A stretch of DNA of 64,000 nucleotides from Sphyrna mokarran (lineage: Eukaryota), in the NCBI GenBank assembly GCA_024679065.1, contig JAGIQG010000040.1, forward strand, positions 5,332,001-5,396,000, written 5' to 3'. Position 1 is the first letter of the stretch. Every line of letters starts with the position of its first letter. The position numbers and the translations under genes are program-made. Positions 12,934 to 27,599 of the stretch are shown here, piece by piece. The notes beneath the pieces are model-generated. The model had not been told where the DNA came from and did no database searches. It saw only the letters and a list, made by a program, of their open reading frames with translations.

Positions 12934-13389
12934 ATTCTTCTGAGTGCACATGTTTTTGATTTTCTCGTATTTGATTTATTGCTATCACATGTATTACCGT
13001 CCAGAAGAAAGTATTGTTTCTTGCGCGCTACATAGACAAAGAATACTGGATATAGTGAACAGTAAGAAATCTCACAGCGCCAGGTTAAATTCCAACATTT
13101 TTACCAGGAATAACAAGCTTTCGGAGCGCTGCTCCTTCATTAGGTGAGTGGACAGGTAGGTTTTGTAAACACAGTATTACACGTACATAGAGAAAGGAAG
13201 GAGAGAGTCAGACTGTAATGCTACAGTCATAGCTAGCGTGTAGAGAAAGATGAATTTAATTAAAGCATTGCTATAGATTTCGAAAGAGTTAGAATAGAGT
13301 TTTAAAAGCATAGACTAAGAGTAAAAGATAGCATTAGAAAGATGCGAGGCACCACATGCAATAAACTGCCACTGTCCGAAGTCATCTTG

Positions 13390-14580
13390 ATTTTTTTGTT
13401 TGTGTTTATTTGAGAGTGTGTGTCTGTTTGCCTTTGTCTGAGCATTTATTAGTATGTTTCCGGATGTGCGACTTTGCTTATGTCTATTTGTCTGAGGTCG
13501 TGTGACTTTTTGTCTGAGTTTGTGTGTGTGGGAGTGTGTGCTTGTGTCTTTTTGCTTGTCTGTTTATGTGTGTGTATTATGCTGAAAGTATGTCTGTGAG
13601 ATTACAACCTTGTCTATGTTACTTGACTGAGATCATATATGTGCCTATGTTGGATTGTGTGCATGTGTTTCTGTATGCTTGACTGCGTATGGTAGGTGTT
13701 TGTGTGTGTGTTGGTGCTATGTATTTTTCTGTGAGTGTATGTATGCCTGAGTGTTTGACTAAGTGCTCTGTATTTGTCAATAAGAGTGTGTGTTTTATCT
13801 TAGAGATTGTGTATGCTTGTGTGTTTGCAGCAGAATAAATTTGTGTGTGTTGTGCCTGTGTGTTCGTTTGATAGTACATCTACGTGTGGGTCTGAGTGTG
13901 TACATTTGCCAGCAAATGTGTGTGTGTGCAAGCATGTCGGACAGTGTATGTTTTCTTTGGGTGCTTGTCTGAGTTTTTCTACGTATATGCTTGTGTGCAA
14001 GAGTTTATTTGTGTGTGTTTGTCTGTACGTTTGTGATTGTATGTTTGTCTATGAGTGTGTGTGTGTGTGCCTGTGCTTTTCTGAGAGTGTGTGTCTGTAT
14101 GTCTATTATTTCTCCTGTGTCTGTTCATTGAAGAAATATGTGTGCCTGCATTTGCCTGTGTATTTGTGTGTATGTTTCTGTACTTACCTAAATGTGTGTG
14201 TGTGTTTGCGTCTGTGTGGTTGTCTGTGAATGTGCATGTATTCTTCTGACAGCGTGTCTGTGTGTCTGAAAGAGAAAGAATCTGTGTGTGTGTGTGTGTG
14301 TGTGTAGGCGCGCACGCCTGTGTCTGCGTGTGTGTGCTTGTCTGAGCGTCTATATCCATGTATATGCCTAGGTGTGCGAGTTTACCTGTATATCGGTTTC
14401 TGTCAGATCCTCTGTGTGTGTGTGTGTGTGTGTTTTTCAGAGGTGCGTGTGTCTGTATATGTGTATGTGTTTGCGAGTTTGCTTGTGTCTGCTTGTCTCA
14501 GATCTTGTGTGTTTCTTTTTTCTGAATACGTATGTGTGTTGTGTATGTGCATGTGTGTTGGTCTCGGATTGTATGTGTAA
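13390..14580. repeat. Long degenerate (TG)n-rich simple sequence
   Basis: Interrupted TG/TGTC runs over ~1.2 kb; source of spurious Cys/Val-rich ORFs. Confidence 0.9.
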
Positions 14581-14764
14581 ACATTTGAAAAGAAAAGGCT
14601 GATGTTGTTTCACATCAATATATCAAAATGTATGATACAATTGGCATTATGGTGACATGGCTCCAAGGTTAGCAAGGATGGGAGCGAAACATTGAAGGCT
14701 GTTCGATGTTCAGAAAGGACAGACAGAAAGCAAAAAAAATGATGAGGTACATTGTTTCTTAAAG

Positions 14765-15080
14765 CAGGGCGGCACGGTGGCAGAGTGGTTGCACAGCTGC
14801 CTCAGTTACCGGGTTAGAATTCCGACCTTAGGATCATTGTGTGCATGGAGTTGGCATATTTCCCCCGTATCTGTGTGGGTTTTCACCGGGTGCTTCGTTT
14901 TCCTCCCACAGTTCAAAGATATATGGATTAGCTTGATTGACCATGCAAAATTAACCCTCGTGTCAAGAGATTGACAGCATAAATAATTGGGGTTATGGAA
15001 ATAGGGCCTGGGTGGGATTGTGGTCGGTGCAGACTCATTAATCCAAATGGCCTCCTTCTGCACTGTAGGGATTCTATGCG
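14765..15080 (+). mobile_element. HE1-like SINE
   Basis: GGGCGGCACGGTGGCAGAGTGGTT head; tail ...GGCCTCCTTCTGCACTGTAGGGATTCTATG. Confidence 0.75.
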
Positions 15081-15099
15081 ATATTGAAGAAATATATTA

Positions 15100-16760
15100 G
15101 CACAGAGAATGCGAAAGAATGGTAAGGGAACCGTGGCCAAGCCATCGCTTACAAGGGAAGAAGAAACATACAAATTGGCAAATTAATTCATAGACCTGAG
15201 AATTTGAAGCAGTTTAAAATTCAGCAAAAAAAAAAGACTGAGGAATTGATTAGGAAGGGAAAAGAATAGTCTAAAATTTAGAAGACAGGAAACATAGCAA
15301 ATAGTTGATCCATTTGTGAGCAATTTCGAAAAAAATATTTAGACTCTGAACTGCTCCCTGCAGTTTGGAAGATAGCTAATATACGCCCGCCATTCAAAAA
15401 GAAAGGTAGAGAGAAATAGGGTCAACCATAAGCCAATGAGCTGAACATGGGAACTTGGAAATTGCTCAAATCAGTTATAAAGGATTTCATAATTCAGCAT
15501 TTGGAAGGCAGTGGTAAAATCAGACGAAGTCAACATGGATTTGCAAAGGTTGACAAAACTATTGGAATTGTGTACGAATGCAATTAGTAGAGGTGACCAA
15601 GGAAAATCAGTAGATATGCTTTATTTCGACTTTAAAAGGCTTTCGATCAGTTCTCATTTAGCATATGACCATAAAAAGTAAAAGTGCATGGATAACATCT
15701 TGAGATGGATAGAAAGCTGGTTAGCAGATAAGAAGTAAAGAAATGGGTCTTTTTTTTTCCAATTGCCTGGCAGTAACCAGTGGGATACCGCAATATCCAT
15801 ATAATTGATTTGGAAGAGGGAAATAAATGCATTATCTCCAAGCTGCAGATGACACAAAGTTAGGCGAGAGGGCGAGCTCTGAGGAGGATACAGCAATGCT
15901 TCAGAGTGATTTAAACCGGCAGATCGAATGGGCATTTGCATGGCAAATGCAGTATAATATGGGTAAATGCGAGATTATACACTTCGGTAGCAACAATAGG
16001 ACGGTAGATCATTATTTGAACGGGTTAAAATTGAGAGCTGAATACTCAGCGAGAGCTTGGTGTCCTCGTGTATTGGCGCTGAAAGAAAGCATGCAGGTGC
16101 AGCAGGCAGTAAAGCAGACAAAGGGTGTGCTGGCCTTCATTACGACAGGGTTTGAGTATTGAGATAGGGATATTATACTACAATTGTATAGGGCATAAAT
16201 GAGGCCATACCTGGAGCATTGTGTGCAGTGTTGGTGTCCTTGTCTGAGGAAGGGTGTCCTTGCTGCAGAGCAAGAGCAGCGAAGATTTACCAGGTTGATT
16301 CCTGGTCTGTCGTGTGAGGAGCGACAAACTCAGTTAGGATTATATTATTTGGCGTTTAGAAGAGTGTGATGGGATCTCATAGAATCTGATAACATTCTAG
16401 AAGTATTCTGCAGGGTAAATTCAGAAATAATATTCCAGACGGTTAGGGACTCCAGAACTAGGGGTAATATTTGAGCATAAAGGGTAAAACCTTTAGAACT
16501 GAGGTGAAGGGAAACTTCATCCCCTAGATCGTGGCGAATCTGTAGAATTCACTACCACAGGAAATGATTATGGCCAAAATGTTGCCGGATTTCAAGAAGA
16601 TATTAGATATAGCTTCTGGGCTGAAGGGATCAAGGAATTTGGACGGAATGTACAATCAGGATATTGAATTTGATGATCATTGTTTATCATAATGCATGGC
16701 GGAGAAGTTTCGGAAGGCCCAATGGAACTATTCTGTTTCTATTTTCTCTGTTTCTTTGTA
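15100..16760 (+). mobile_element. CR1-clade LINE, degenerate RT region and 3' end
   Basis: ADDTKLG...LQSDL...WQMQYNMGKCEIIHFG motif; many stops. Confidence 0.85.
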
Positions 16761-17109
16761 TGTGGGGTCTGTGTCGATTTTTTTTTTGTTTTCATGAGCA
16801 ATGGTGTGTGCCTTTTTCTGCATGTTATTTTATCTGTGTGGAATTTGCACATTCTCCTCGTGACTACGTGGGTTTTCTTCGGGTACTCCGGTTTCCTCCC
16901 ACAGTCCAAAGTTGTGCGGGTTAGGTTGATTGGCCATGCTGCAAAATTGACCCTTAGTGTCCTGGGATGCGTAGGTTAGAGAGATTAGTGGATAAATGTG
17001 TAGGGATATGGGGGTAGGGCCTGGGTGGGATTGTGGTTCGTGCAGACTCGATGGGCCGAAGGGCCTCTTTCTGCACTATTGGGTTGTATGAGATGAGATT
17101 TATGAGATA

Positions 17110-17219
17110 CTGCGCGTGTCTGATTGTCTCGGGTTCTGTGTGGGTGCATATGATTTCTGAAATTCTGTGTGTGTGGATGCCTGTGTGTTTGCCTGAGTCT
17201 GTTAATTTAACTGAGAGAG

Positions 17220-17262
<43 letters not shown>

Positions 17263-17822
17263 GTGTGTGTGTGTGTGTATGTGTGTCTGAATTTGTTTGA
17301 ACATTTGTGTCTGCTCTGTGAGAGTGTGTGTTTCTACGTGCCTGTTTGTGTGTGTGCATATTTGTGTTACCTGAGAATGTACGTGTTTGTGTTTGCTTGT
17401 CTCTGTGTGTGTTTATTTGACAATGTGTATCTATGTCTGTGCCTGTGTGCATGCATTTATGTATCTGTCTGTGTGCGTGTGTTTATGTGTGTGTGTCATT
17501 TTTCCTGGGATAATCGGTATGTCTTTATCAACGTCTGTGTTTGTGTGTGTGTCAGCTTTTGTCTAGGAGAGTTTGCGTTATCATGCGTGTATGCCCATGG
17601 ATGTGTGTTTGTCTGCTTGTATTTGAGCGTTTCTGTGCGTGTTTGCATGTTGTTTGTGTCTGATTGTTTGAGTGTGTGCGCATGTTTGCCTGACTGTGTG
17701 TGCATGTTTGAGTGTGCGTTTTTCTGTGTTCGTGTTTGTTTGAATGTGCTTATGTGCGTGTGAGAGATTATGTGTGCATGAGAGGGAGTGACAGAGAGAA
17801 AGGAAGAGAGAGAGAGAGAGAT
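17110..17822. repeat. Degenerate (TG)n simple sequence ending in (GA)n
   Basis: Direct inspection. Confidence 0.9.
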
Positions 17823-18795
17823 TGCTCACTGCACTCTATGACTGCAAGAATCTGGTCTTACTGATGGGGTTCCCTTGCACTTGCAATAACTCCGACTCAT
17901 CGCATGCTCACTTTTCCATTAACTCTTTCAGCGCTGAGCCGTGAGGTTCAAATCTACAACACACATAAGAACTGGTTAACTTCCATGCCCTGAAACAGCA
18001 CAGAATGTGCCTTTCTCTTTGCTTTTGGACTCTGTAGTTGCATCTTTGTTTCTTGCTGTTTGCAGCCTAATGTTTGAGTTGTATTATTTTCTGCATCTGT
18101 GGTCATCCAGAGAAAAGACAGAGTGAATCGTGGCATCCGCCTGTTCCCCCTATACAATAGGCAGTCAGCAGGGGGAGAATGTAGGACGCATCTGGACACT
18201 GAAACAGAAATGCTCATGCATTCATATAGATTGCTCAATAATTAATTCAAAGCTGAATAACATATTTGGAAGGTTCAGATCATAGGACAGTGAGCATCTC
18301 ACTGAAGTGTCCCAGACTAATTTATGGGCGTAAGGGTTCAATTCAATTCCCCATCGAGCACACCCAGTGCACCAAATGAAATTTGTTGGATTTTTGAATT
18401 CAACAATAACTTTTAAGTTTATTTATTTGTGTCGCAGATAGGCTTACATTAATACTGCAATAATCCTCTAGTCGTCATACTTTGGCACCTGTTCTAGTAC
18501 ATTGGTGCAGAATTTAGCATGGTCAATGCACCTAACAAGTACATTTTTCGGACTATGGGAGGAAACCGGAGCAACCGGCGAAAAACCTAAGCAGACACGG
18601 GGACAACATACAGACTCCGCACGAATAATGACCCAAGCCAGAAATCGAACCCGGATCCCTGGTGCTATGATGCAGCAGTGCTAACACTATGTCAGTGCAC
18701 CGTCAATCTGGGTATAGGTAGGAAGGCGGGAAAGAACATACTGGTTATAGATGGGGTGTACCAAAAGTTCACCAGGCTGATATTTGGGATGTAAA

Positions 18796-19552
18796 CAGGG
18801 GCATTAGGGGGAGCGAGCACATAAGAAAGGCGCCATGGCGCATACCCAATAATTTTAAACTCATTATACATTTTTATTTCGTATTTAAAATCAAAATATT
18901 ATTTAAAAAAGTATCTATATCATTTAATTATTTTACATTTTAAACGTAAAATGAAAACAAAACGAAGCAATGTGAAAAAGTATGAAGGAACTATAACAGC
19001 CTCTTTCGTCTAGACTTCATTCTACCAAAGTTATCTATTTCTTCATTATATTCTACTTCAGTAGCCAACTGGTTTTCAATGGAGACCAAAGGTAACCCAG
19101 ACAATCTATCCTCGCTCATAGTACAACGATAGTAGGGCTTTATATGTTTGATCCGGCTAAAGGATTGTTCCGCAACTGCGCTAGTTATTCATAAGGTCAG
19201 AAAAATGTATTACAGTTTGGGCAGGTTAGGATAAATGCAACATATGTCATTGGCGATCATGAATTTTAGTACTTTGTTAATGGTCGCTGTGGCTGCATAT
19301 TTATGTCCTTCGTGGCCTCTGCAATAATCCTCCTGATTGCATGCTCTCTCAGGAGATTTCATGCGTTCCTCGCTGTCTGAAGTCCCCGCATCCATATCGC
19401 ACCCTCCGAATGCAGTACACGGATCGAGGACTTAGATCTGGGGGAGAAATCTAAGGGGCCTGTGAGGAACACCCAGTGGAAAAACGCCACTTTTGAAGAT
19501 TGTGCTCAGGGGAGCGTTCGCTCCCCCTGCTCCCTTTCTAGCTAAGCCTCTG
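18796..19552 (-). mobile_element. Non-autonomous hAT-superfamily DNA transposon derivative
   Basis: Imperfect terminal inverted repeats (CAGGGGC / CAGAGGC, both ends sharing AGGGGGAGCGA); 8-bp flanks GATGTAAA / GATTTAAA; minus-strand hAT dimerization-domain remnant (YPNL..ITSAVAEQSFSRIKHIK..CTMSEDRLSGL..VSIE). Confidence 0.8.
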
Positions 19553-22500
19553 GATTTAAACGTTGCACTTTGAGGAAAGATTGAAGCGTGTTTTCAGTTA
19601 AATTCGAAAGAATGGAAGATCTCATTGATAGTTATAAAACTCTGACAATTCCAGGATTATGACCCAGCAGTACTGAAAGAACGGCCAATATATTTCCAAG
19701 TCGGGATGGTGAGTGACTTGGAGGGTGAATCTCCTTTTGATGGTGTTCCCAGTTATCTATTGTCCTTGTGATTTTATCGTGGTAATGGCTAGGGGCCAAG
19801 AGTTCAAATCCCATCAATGATTACAGGTGGAATTTAAATTTAAGTAATAGAAATGTAGAATTGAAAATTTGGCGGAATAATAGAGACCTTAAGAAAACTA
19901 AAATCCGTTGTTGCAAAAGCACATTCTGTGCAACAGTGCTGTGCCAATGCTCATTGGAATTTGGAAGAAAATGGGGGTCTCATAGAAACGCATACAATTA
20001 TGAAAGGAAAAGTTATGATAGAAGCAAGGAGGCTGTTTCCAGTGGCAGATGAAAATAGAACTAAGGGACAAGACTTCAAAATAAAGACGAAGAGATTTTG
20101 GACTGTGTTGAGGAGGAACCTTTTCAGCTAAATGTCTGTGAATCTGTATAAATCCCTGCCCAGTGAAGAAGTTGAGGCTGCATCATTAAACGTTTTAAAG
20201 GCAAAGAAAGATTTTTAAACAGTAAAGGAATTCAGGGTTATAGTGAGCGGGTGAGTAAGGGGAGCTGAGTCCACAAAAAGATCAGTTATGTTTTTATTGA
20301 AAGGTGGATCAGGCTCGGAGGACCAGATGGCCCATTCCTGCTTCTAGTTTTTATGTTCTTTCAGAAAGGAAATCTGCCTATAACCTGGACTGTGTGTGAG
20401 ACAAGACCTAGAGAAATGTGGCCGACATTTGCCTATCTTATGAAACATTCAGATAGGCAAGAGGCGAGAGGCTGCAGCAACCACATGGGGCGGAAGAATA
20501 AAAATAACTCTTCATCTCTTATATCTTCCAGTCCTCATGCAAAGACGTGAAACCTTAACTCGGTTTCTCAGTTGCACAGTTACCGACTGGCTTAATGCAA
20601 ACAGCGTTTCCTGTTTTTGTCTGAAATGCTGCACTTTAGCCTACGCTGGTTTCTTCCCTGAAAAGGAATGTGTGGCTCATTTCGAGAATTCAAACTCATA
20701 GTCTGTTTTCACCCTCGCTCTCCCTGCCTAAGAGTCCCTCCTTAGTCTGCTGCAATGCTCCAGTGAGGCCTTAAGGGCACTCTTCAAAAAAAGAGGTCGC
20801 ACATTTAGGAGAGAGAAGAGTGGGAAGGTTTCCCTCTCAGTGGGTCATATGTCCGTAGGAGTTACTTCCTCAGAAGGCAGTGGAAGCATTCTTTCAATAT
20901 TTTTAAAGGCAGGAATTAAATTCTCAGTAAACCAGGAGGGTGAAATGTTATCAGGGTTGCAGGGTTGGCAGAAGCTTATAATAAAATCATCCATGATCTT
21001 GTTTACTGGCAGAGCAGGCCGCAAAGGGCCAAGTGACCAACTGCTACTTCTCCGTAGCCTGTATGTTTCTGTATACATATTAAAATTTCATGGTGGCTTA
21101 ATAAGGCGCACGTGTAAGAAATGTAGCAAGAACTGTCCCTGGAATCGAAGATGAGCAAGTCGGGTTTACATCGCCAACTGATAGTTCCTGGGATTCATTG
21201 TCTCAAAGACCAGAGAAAACAATTTTCGTGGTGACTTTCAGAAGACAATGTTTACAAAATCGAAAATATAATATGCAAAGGGATTTGTACGAAAGGCAAA
21301 TGTAGTCGTTTTTTTTTAGCTCATTGAGATAGCAAACACGTCCTCGTTAGATCGAATTGCCTCGTTCTTTAATATATAAACCGGTGAGTGACAGGATTGA
21401 CTGGAGTACAACACTTTCATTTCATTCATTAATGGCTGCTGCCTGAAGAACCGGCTAAATAGATACTTGTTAATTCTTGGATTCTTTCTCAATAATTTTC
21501 ATTCATTTGGCTATGAATGTTGTTCGCAAGGCCAAAAATTGTTGCTGGTCCGAAACGCAAATTACGTAAGATTCATTAATCCAAAACTAAAACAGACATT
21601 CTGAAACATCTCAGTGTGTCTACCAGTATCTGCTGAGAGAGAATAGAGCCAAAGTTTCGAATCTCAATGACAATTCGTCAGAGCCATCTGAACTCGAAAC
21701 GTTAACACTATTCTCTCTTCACTGATGATGTCAGAGCTGCAGAGCTTTTCCAGCATTTTCTGGTTTTGTGTTGCTCTTGCTAATTGCCCTTGAATATTGT
21801 AGTTTGCTAATGGCCATCTCAGATGTTAGTTAACAGTCAACCAGGGGAGAGGATGGTGTAGTGATCTTTTCGCTAGAATACCAATCCAAAAATTCAGCCA
21901 ATGTTCTGGGGTCCTGTGTTTGAAACCCAATTCAATAAAAATATCTGAAATTTCAAATCTACTGATGACAGTGAAATCATTGACAATTTTCAGAAAAACC
22001 ATCTGGGTCACTATATCCTTGAGGGAAGGAAATCTGCCGTGCTTATCTGGTTTGGCCAACACGTGAGTCCAGAGCCACATCAATGTGGTTGACTGTCAAC
22101 TATTCTTAAGGGCAACTGGAGATGGGCAATAAACACTAATGTTCCATGGATGAATTAAACATGCTGTGTGTCAGGAGTCACATAAAAACCAGACGGTGTC
22201 AAAACGGCAGGTCTTCTTTCTTAAGGCGGGGAAGCAAGTGTTTTCACTCGACTGGACTGGGGGCTTGGGATGGTGTTATATGAGGAAAGATCTGACAGAG
22301 TCCATTGGAATACAGAGATTGAGTGATGACTTTTTGTAACATATATGACCCTTTGGGAGGTGATATGGGGGGAGGGGGGATAGTGTCGGACATTGATGGG
22401 GACAGCGGTGTGAGGGGCGGAATGTTTAACTTTTGCGGGACAGATAGGAAAGAGAGCGAAGAAAAGAACTGTTTCTTCGTTCAGAGGCTGTATGCCTTTG

Positions 22501-24049
22501 AAACTGCCTTTTGCAAAAATCTCCTGCAGCTTCAGTCGTTGGGAAAGTCTCTGAAAAGATTCATGCTTGTCGACAGTTGGCAACATCTGGCCTCTCACCC
22601 CTCCCCCCTGCACTGCCTAACTGCCATCTCGCTGCTGGAGTTTCCAGTCCCGGATGATTAAACCACAAGTTCTGGTCTTTGAGCAAACTTAGAGGCTCAG
22701 CGACCTCTTGACTGAAACCGCACGGTCGGCCCACTTCCTGCTGCCGTTGGTCTCCTTGCCAACCAGACCCTGGTTCCCCCAATCAGCAGTGAATACATGT
22801 ATCATTACATCTCAGCAGTTTCTATCAAAAGAGGCAACCCAAAGTCGATTAACCCTCTGCTGCCAAGGAGCAAAAGAAAATCAATACCTGATAGGATATT
22901 CATGAACTTCGAGACTGAGAAGTGTAACTTATGTCATTCCTGTTAAAGAGCTGAATCATTCATCTTAAAATACCAAGTACAGGTTGAACACTCACACTAA
23001 AGTATGATGGGTTTGTTGCTGTGGGGAATGGTCTCTGGCCAAGTCATCCAGAGTCCTAGGCAAGATGGTTACCTCTGTAGTGCCAGAGACACAGATTCGA
23101 TTCCAGCCTTAGGCGGCTACCTGTGCTGAATTTGCACATTCTCCCCATGTCTGCGTGGGTTTCATCCGGGTGCTCTGGTTTCACACAGTCCAAGGATATG
23201 CAGCTTGGGTGGATTGGTCATGCCAAAATGCACCTTTGTGTCCCACAGATGTAAAGGTTAGGTGGATTGACCGTGGGCAGAGGGAAGGTCTGAGTTGATT
23301 TCTCTTTTAGAGAGTCAGTGCAGACTCGATGGACCGAATGGCCTCTTTCTGCAATATATGATTTCTACGATTTATTATTGTATTCTATGGTTAAGACGGG
23401 TACAAAACCCATCATACTAAATGGTTCCTCCCCCCTCGTCCAGGGATGTTGCAAAGGTGGTGATTAATCCAGAAAGCTATGGATAATGCTTTGGGCACAT
23501 ATGAGGATTGAATTCTTGCCACGGCAGTGGGAGAAATCTGAATTCAATAAAAGCAATCTGGAATTCAACAATCGAACCATGAGTCAATTGTTAAAACCTA
23601 TCTGGTTCACTACATGAGACTTCAAGTGCAACACCATAGTCAATGAAAGCCATGCGGTTCAATGGTGATTTGGCATGGGAAATACATTTTGGCCTTGTTG
23701 ACAATGCACGTAACAATGAGTGAAGTAATAAATACATTGTATGTGAGGGGCCTTGACCTGGCTAACATTTATAGCTCATCCCAAATGCTCCTAATTACCA
23801 CTGCAACCGATGTAGTTAAATCAGGTGCAGGGGCAGACTTTATCTTTGGGTGTTGGGAAAATTTTGAGATTTTTCTCGCTTTTCTGCTGGAGTTAGCTCC
23901 TCAATTTCGTCATTCCTATTAGGAAGTTCCCCTCTTCCATTACTCTAACTCCCATTATTTTTCCTGTTATATTTTTAGGCAGGTGGTGGGGGGGTGGGGT
24001 GGGGGGGGTGGAGTGGGGAGGGTGGGGTGAAGACGGCAGCATAATGGTA

Positions 24050-25100
24050 AGACCCCTAAAAGAAAAAGTGTTCTGAATGGAGGGCTGTGACAAGTGGCGT
24101 TCATCAGTGATCAGTGCTAGGATCTTTGATGTTTGCAATATGTATAACTGATTTGGAGGAAAATGTAACTGGATTGATTACTACGTTTGCAGACAGAACA
24201 AAGGTTGTCGATTTACGGATTGGTGAATTTGTGGATAGCGATGAGAAACATCAGAGGATACAGCAGGATATAGATCTGTTAGAGACTCGGAGAGATGGCA
24301 GATGGAGCTTAATCCAGACAAATGTGAGATAATGCATTTTGGAAGATCTAATACAGGTAGGAAATATACATTAAATGGCAGTATTCTTAAGATACTGATT
24401 GGCAGAAGGACTTGGTTTACAGGTACATAAGTCAGTGAAAGTAGCCACGCATTTGGGAAAGGTAGTCAAGAAGGCATACGGCATGCTTGTCTTCATCAGC
24501 TGGGACACTGAGTTTACAAATTGGCAAGTCATGTTGCAGATTTGCAAAACCTTAGTTAGGCCGCACTTGGAACAACATGTTCAATTTTTGTATCTACACT
24601 GCCAGAAAATGTGGAGGCTTTGGAGAGGGTACACAAAAGTTTTACCAGATGTTAATTGGCATCGAGGGCATTAGCAATGAGGAGAGATTGGAGAAACTTG
24701 GGTTGTTCTCATTGGAACGATGGAGGTTATTGAGTGAACTGATCAAAGTGTACAAGATCATGAGAGACATGGACAGAGTGGATAGTCAGCTTTTTCGCAG
24801 GATGGAAGACAAATACTAGAGGGCATACCTTTAAGGTGCAATGGGCAAGGCTTAGAGGAGACGTACGAGGCAAGTTTTTCACACAGAACGTGGTGGGTGC
24901 CTGGAAATCGCTGCCGGAGGAGATAGTGGAAGCAGATACAATAGTGACTTTTAAGGAGCATCTGGACAAATACCATATAGGATGAAAATAGAGGGATATG
25001 GTTCCCAGAAGGAGAGGGAGTTTTAGTTCAGTCGGGCAGCATGGTGAGTGCGGTGTGGTCGAAGGTCCTGTTTCTGTGTTATAATTTTCTTTGTTCTTTA
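24050..25100 (+). mobile_element. CR1-clade LINE 3' fragment
   Basis: KTLVRPHLE and ERLEKLGLFSLER motifs with typical 3' tail. Confidence 0.85.
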
Positions 25101-27599
25101 AACTGGAATAGCCACCGGGCGAATAAACTTCAGCCCTAAGACCAGGGGTTTCAAACCTGTGGACTTTCAATTGTTGGACTTCAAAATAAATTAGCTTCAA
25201 TTGACGGGATCTGCCATGGGGAGCTGGTATCCTCATGATGGGCTGAGTGGCCTCCACTGACGACAAGTGCCTTCTGTTGATCAAACCAAATGCATTGTTT
25301 TGCCATCGCATTAACAAAGAGACAGAAGACACCCTTCATTAAAGATTGCAAATTTATTCAATATTAATTGCGACGCATATGACAAAAGAAGAAGGTGACA
25401 GAGACACATAAAACTATGATTAACGAAGCAGGAGATCTTAAGGCGGAGGAGCAGAAGTGGACTATTCAGCCCACCGGGTCTGCTTGGTCTTTTAATGAAA
25501 TCATGGCTGGTTTGATATTATCCTCAACTCCAATTTACTTATCCCCATAACTCTTGCTTCCTCTCTAACCGGACGATCTTAAACATGTATGAATGCCCCA
25601 TTTGTGAAGTAACCTGAGAGCACTATGTATCAGATAGATTGATTTTAGGCTAAGCTAATGGCGAAATATTCAAAAACTCTTGCTCATTTTACTTGTGAAA
25701 TGCCGTGTAATGATAAAGCTCTATACAGTGGCAGGTTGTGCCTCGATTATCTCTAAGGGCCCATATGTACAGGTGGGGGTTGAATGCCTCCGTGGCACTG
25801 AGAGAAAAATCTGGAGTCCAAGATGAAGCATGGGAGCGAGAACATCACCTTGGCTACAATCTAAAAGCGGGTGGCATCCCACTAGCTGCCTGATATTTGC
25901 TCTGATCGACTTCTTTTGATTCAGAGAAGTAACTCCAGTCAGTCAAACTTACCCTTTCCTCCACTACTGTTGAAATACTGAAAAAGGAACACAGACTGAC
26001 TAAAACTGAATGGATCAGGTAGGGTCATTTCCCTGCTTCCCTATTCGCCATTCAAATCTAACTACTGAGTTATCAAGTTTGATGAAAATCCGATCAGACC
26101 CTTGCTGATAAAATTGCATGCAATAAAAATACAATGTTTAAAATAACTACCTGAACAAAATAATTGCAACAAAAGGGAAAGGTGAGATGCCATTAGTTAG
26201 ATTGCCCTGTAAAAGGGCTGGTACTGTCACTATGGGCTGAGCGGCTGCTTTCTCTGCAATAGGATTCTACTGTTCTCAGCAAAGAATATAAAAATCGAAG
26301 TTCTACGTGTCCTAAAATTGAAAATGCTGTTTTCAAAAATGTATCCGACACTAATGCAGGCAGAAACCATATAAACGTTAGCTCCAAACTGTTGCTAAAA
26401 TACATAATTGAAATGTTTGTGTCGCATAAGCAGTAGAATTCATGCAGAACCACGAGTTTCAAATCAAAGTAACAGTGGAAAAAAGTTACGAAATGAAGAT
26501 CTTTAAAATTAAGCCGCCATTTAAAACAAGCGAGGTTGAATTGCTTGGAGTGGGATCTATGATAGAAAGTGTCTGAACCCAGTCGATGAGTTCACGCCTG
26601 AATCCATTTCATCGTCCAACGCAGTTCTGTTTGGAATGAAAGGAGCATCAATGGTAGTATGTCAAAGATCAGCAAGCAAAAAAAAAAGTTTTATCTTTAG
26701 GGACTCTATCAATATTCTCCCTTAATATTCTCAGAAGCCGATGCAAGTGCACAAGAACCCGTACAGTGCAGAAGGATGCGATTTGGCTGATAGAGTCTGC
26801 ACTGACTCTATCAGCCAAAGGAGATAGAGACGCGCTCTCTGGCGTGAGCGAGTGGAAAGGGACAGAGACAGAGGAAGAGCCAATGGCCGAGAGCAGAGAG
26901 GGGGATCAGGGAGCACAAACCGACTGAGTTTTAAAAAACATTGTCCGACTCTCCAAAAGGGCCACACCCTTTTGCTCAAGACCGGGGGATGGACGTAAAA
27001 GTCTAGACTAGATAGTGACACCCATAATTAAACACAACTGATTATGCCTGGTGGATGGCGCAGAGGATTTGGGGGATTAGGAGATACGTTATTCAGCGCA
27101 GGATTCCCAATTTCCGACGTGCTCTTGCAATCTCCGCACTTACATGGATAGTCCAATCCAGCTTCTGAGCAACGTTAACCCTTAGGATGTTGATAGTGGG
27201 TGTTGACCTGAAAGAAGCCTACCAGATTTTGAGAGGCACCGACAGAGTGGGTAGTCAGAAGCTTTTACCCAGGGTGGAAGAGTCAGTTACCAGGGGGCAT
27301 AGGTTTCAAGTGCGAGGGAGGAAGTTTAATGGAGATGTACAAGGCATATTTTTTTACCAGGAGAGGTTTAAGAAGTCAAGGCTGCGATTGGGGGCGAGGG
27401 TTGGGAGAAACGGGCTGAAAAACGATGAGGATGGAGCACGGGAGTAAGATTTCGTTTGTCTAAAAGAATCCAAGTTAATGTTCACTCCACGGGTTAGCTT
27501 CAGCGCCTGCCTTAACAATGGCCTCGCGAGATCCCGTCAATGGACAGTGCCTATCACACTTTGTCTTTCTGGGCACGCATTTAAGTGTCGGATCTTACC

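Noticed and set aside
13619-17829. Long Cys/Val- or His/Thr-rich ORFs
   Set aside because: Translations of TG/CA simple repeats.
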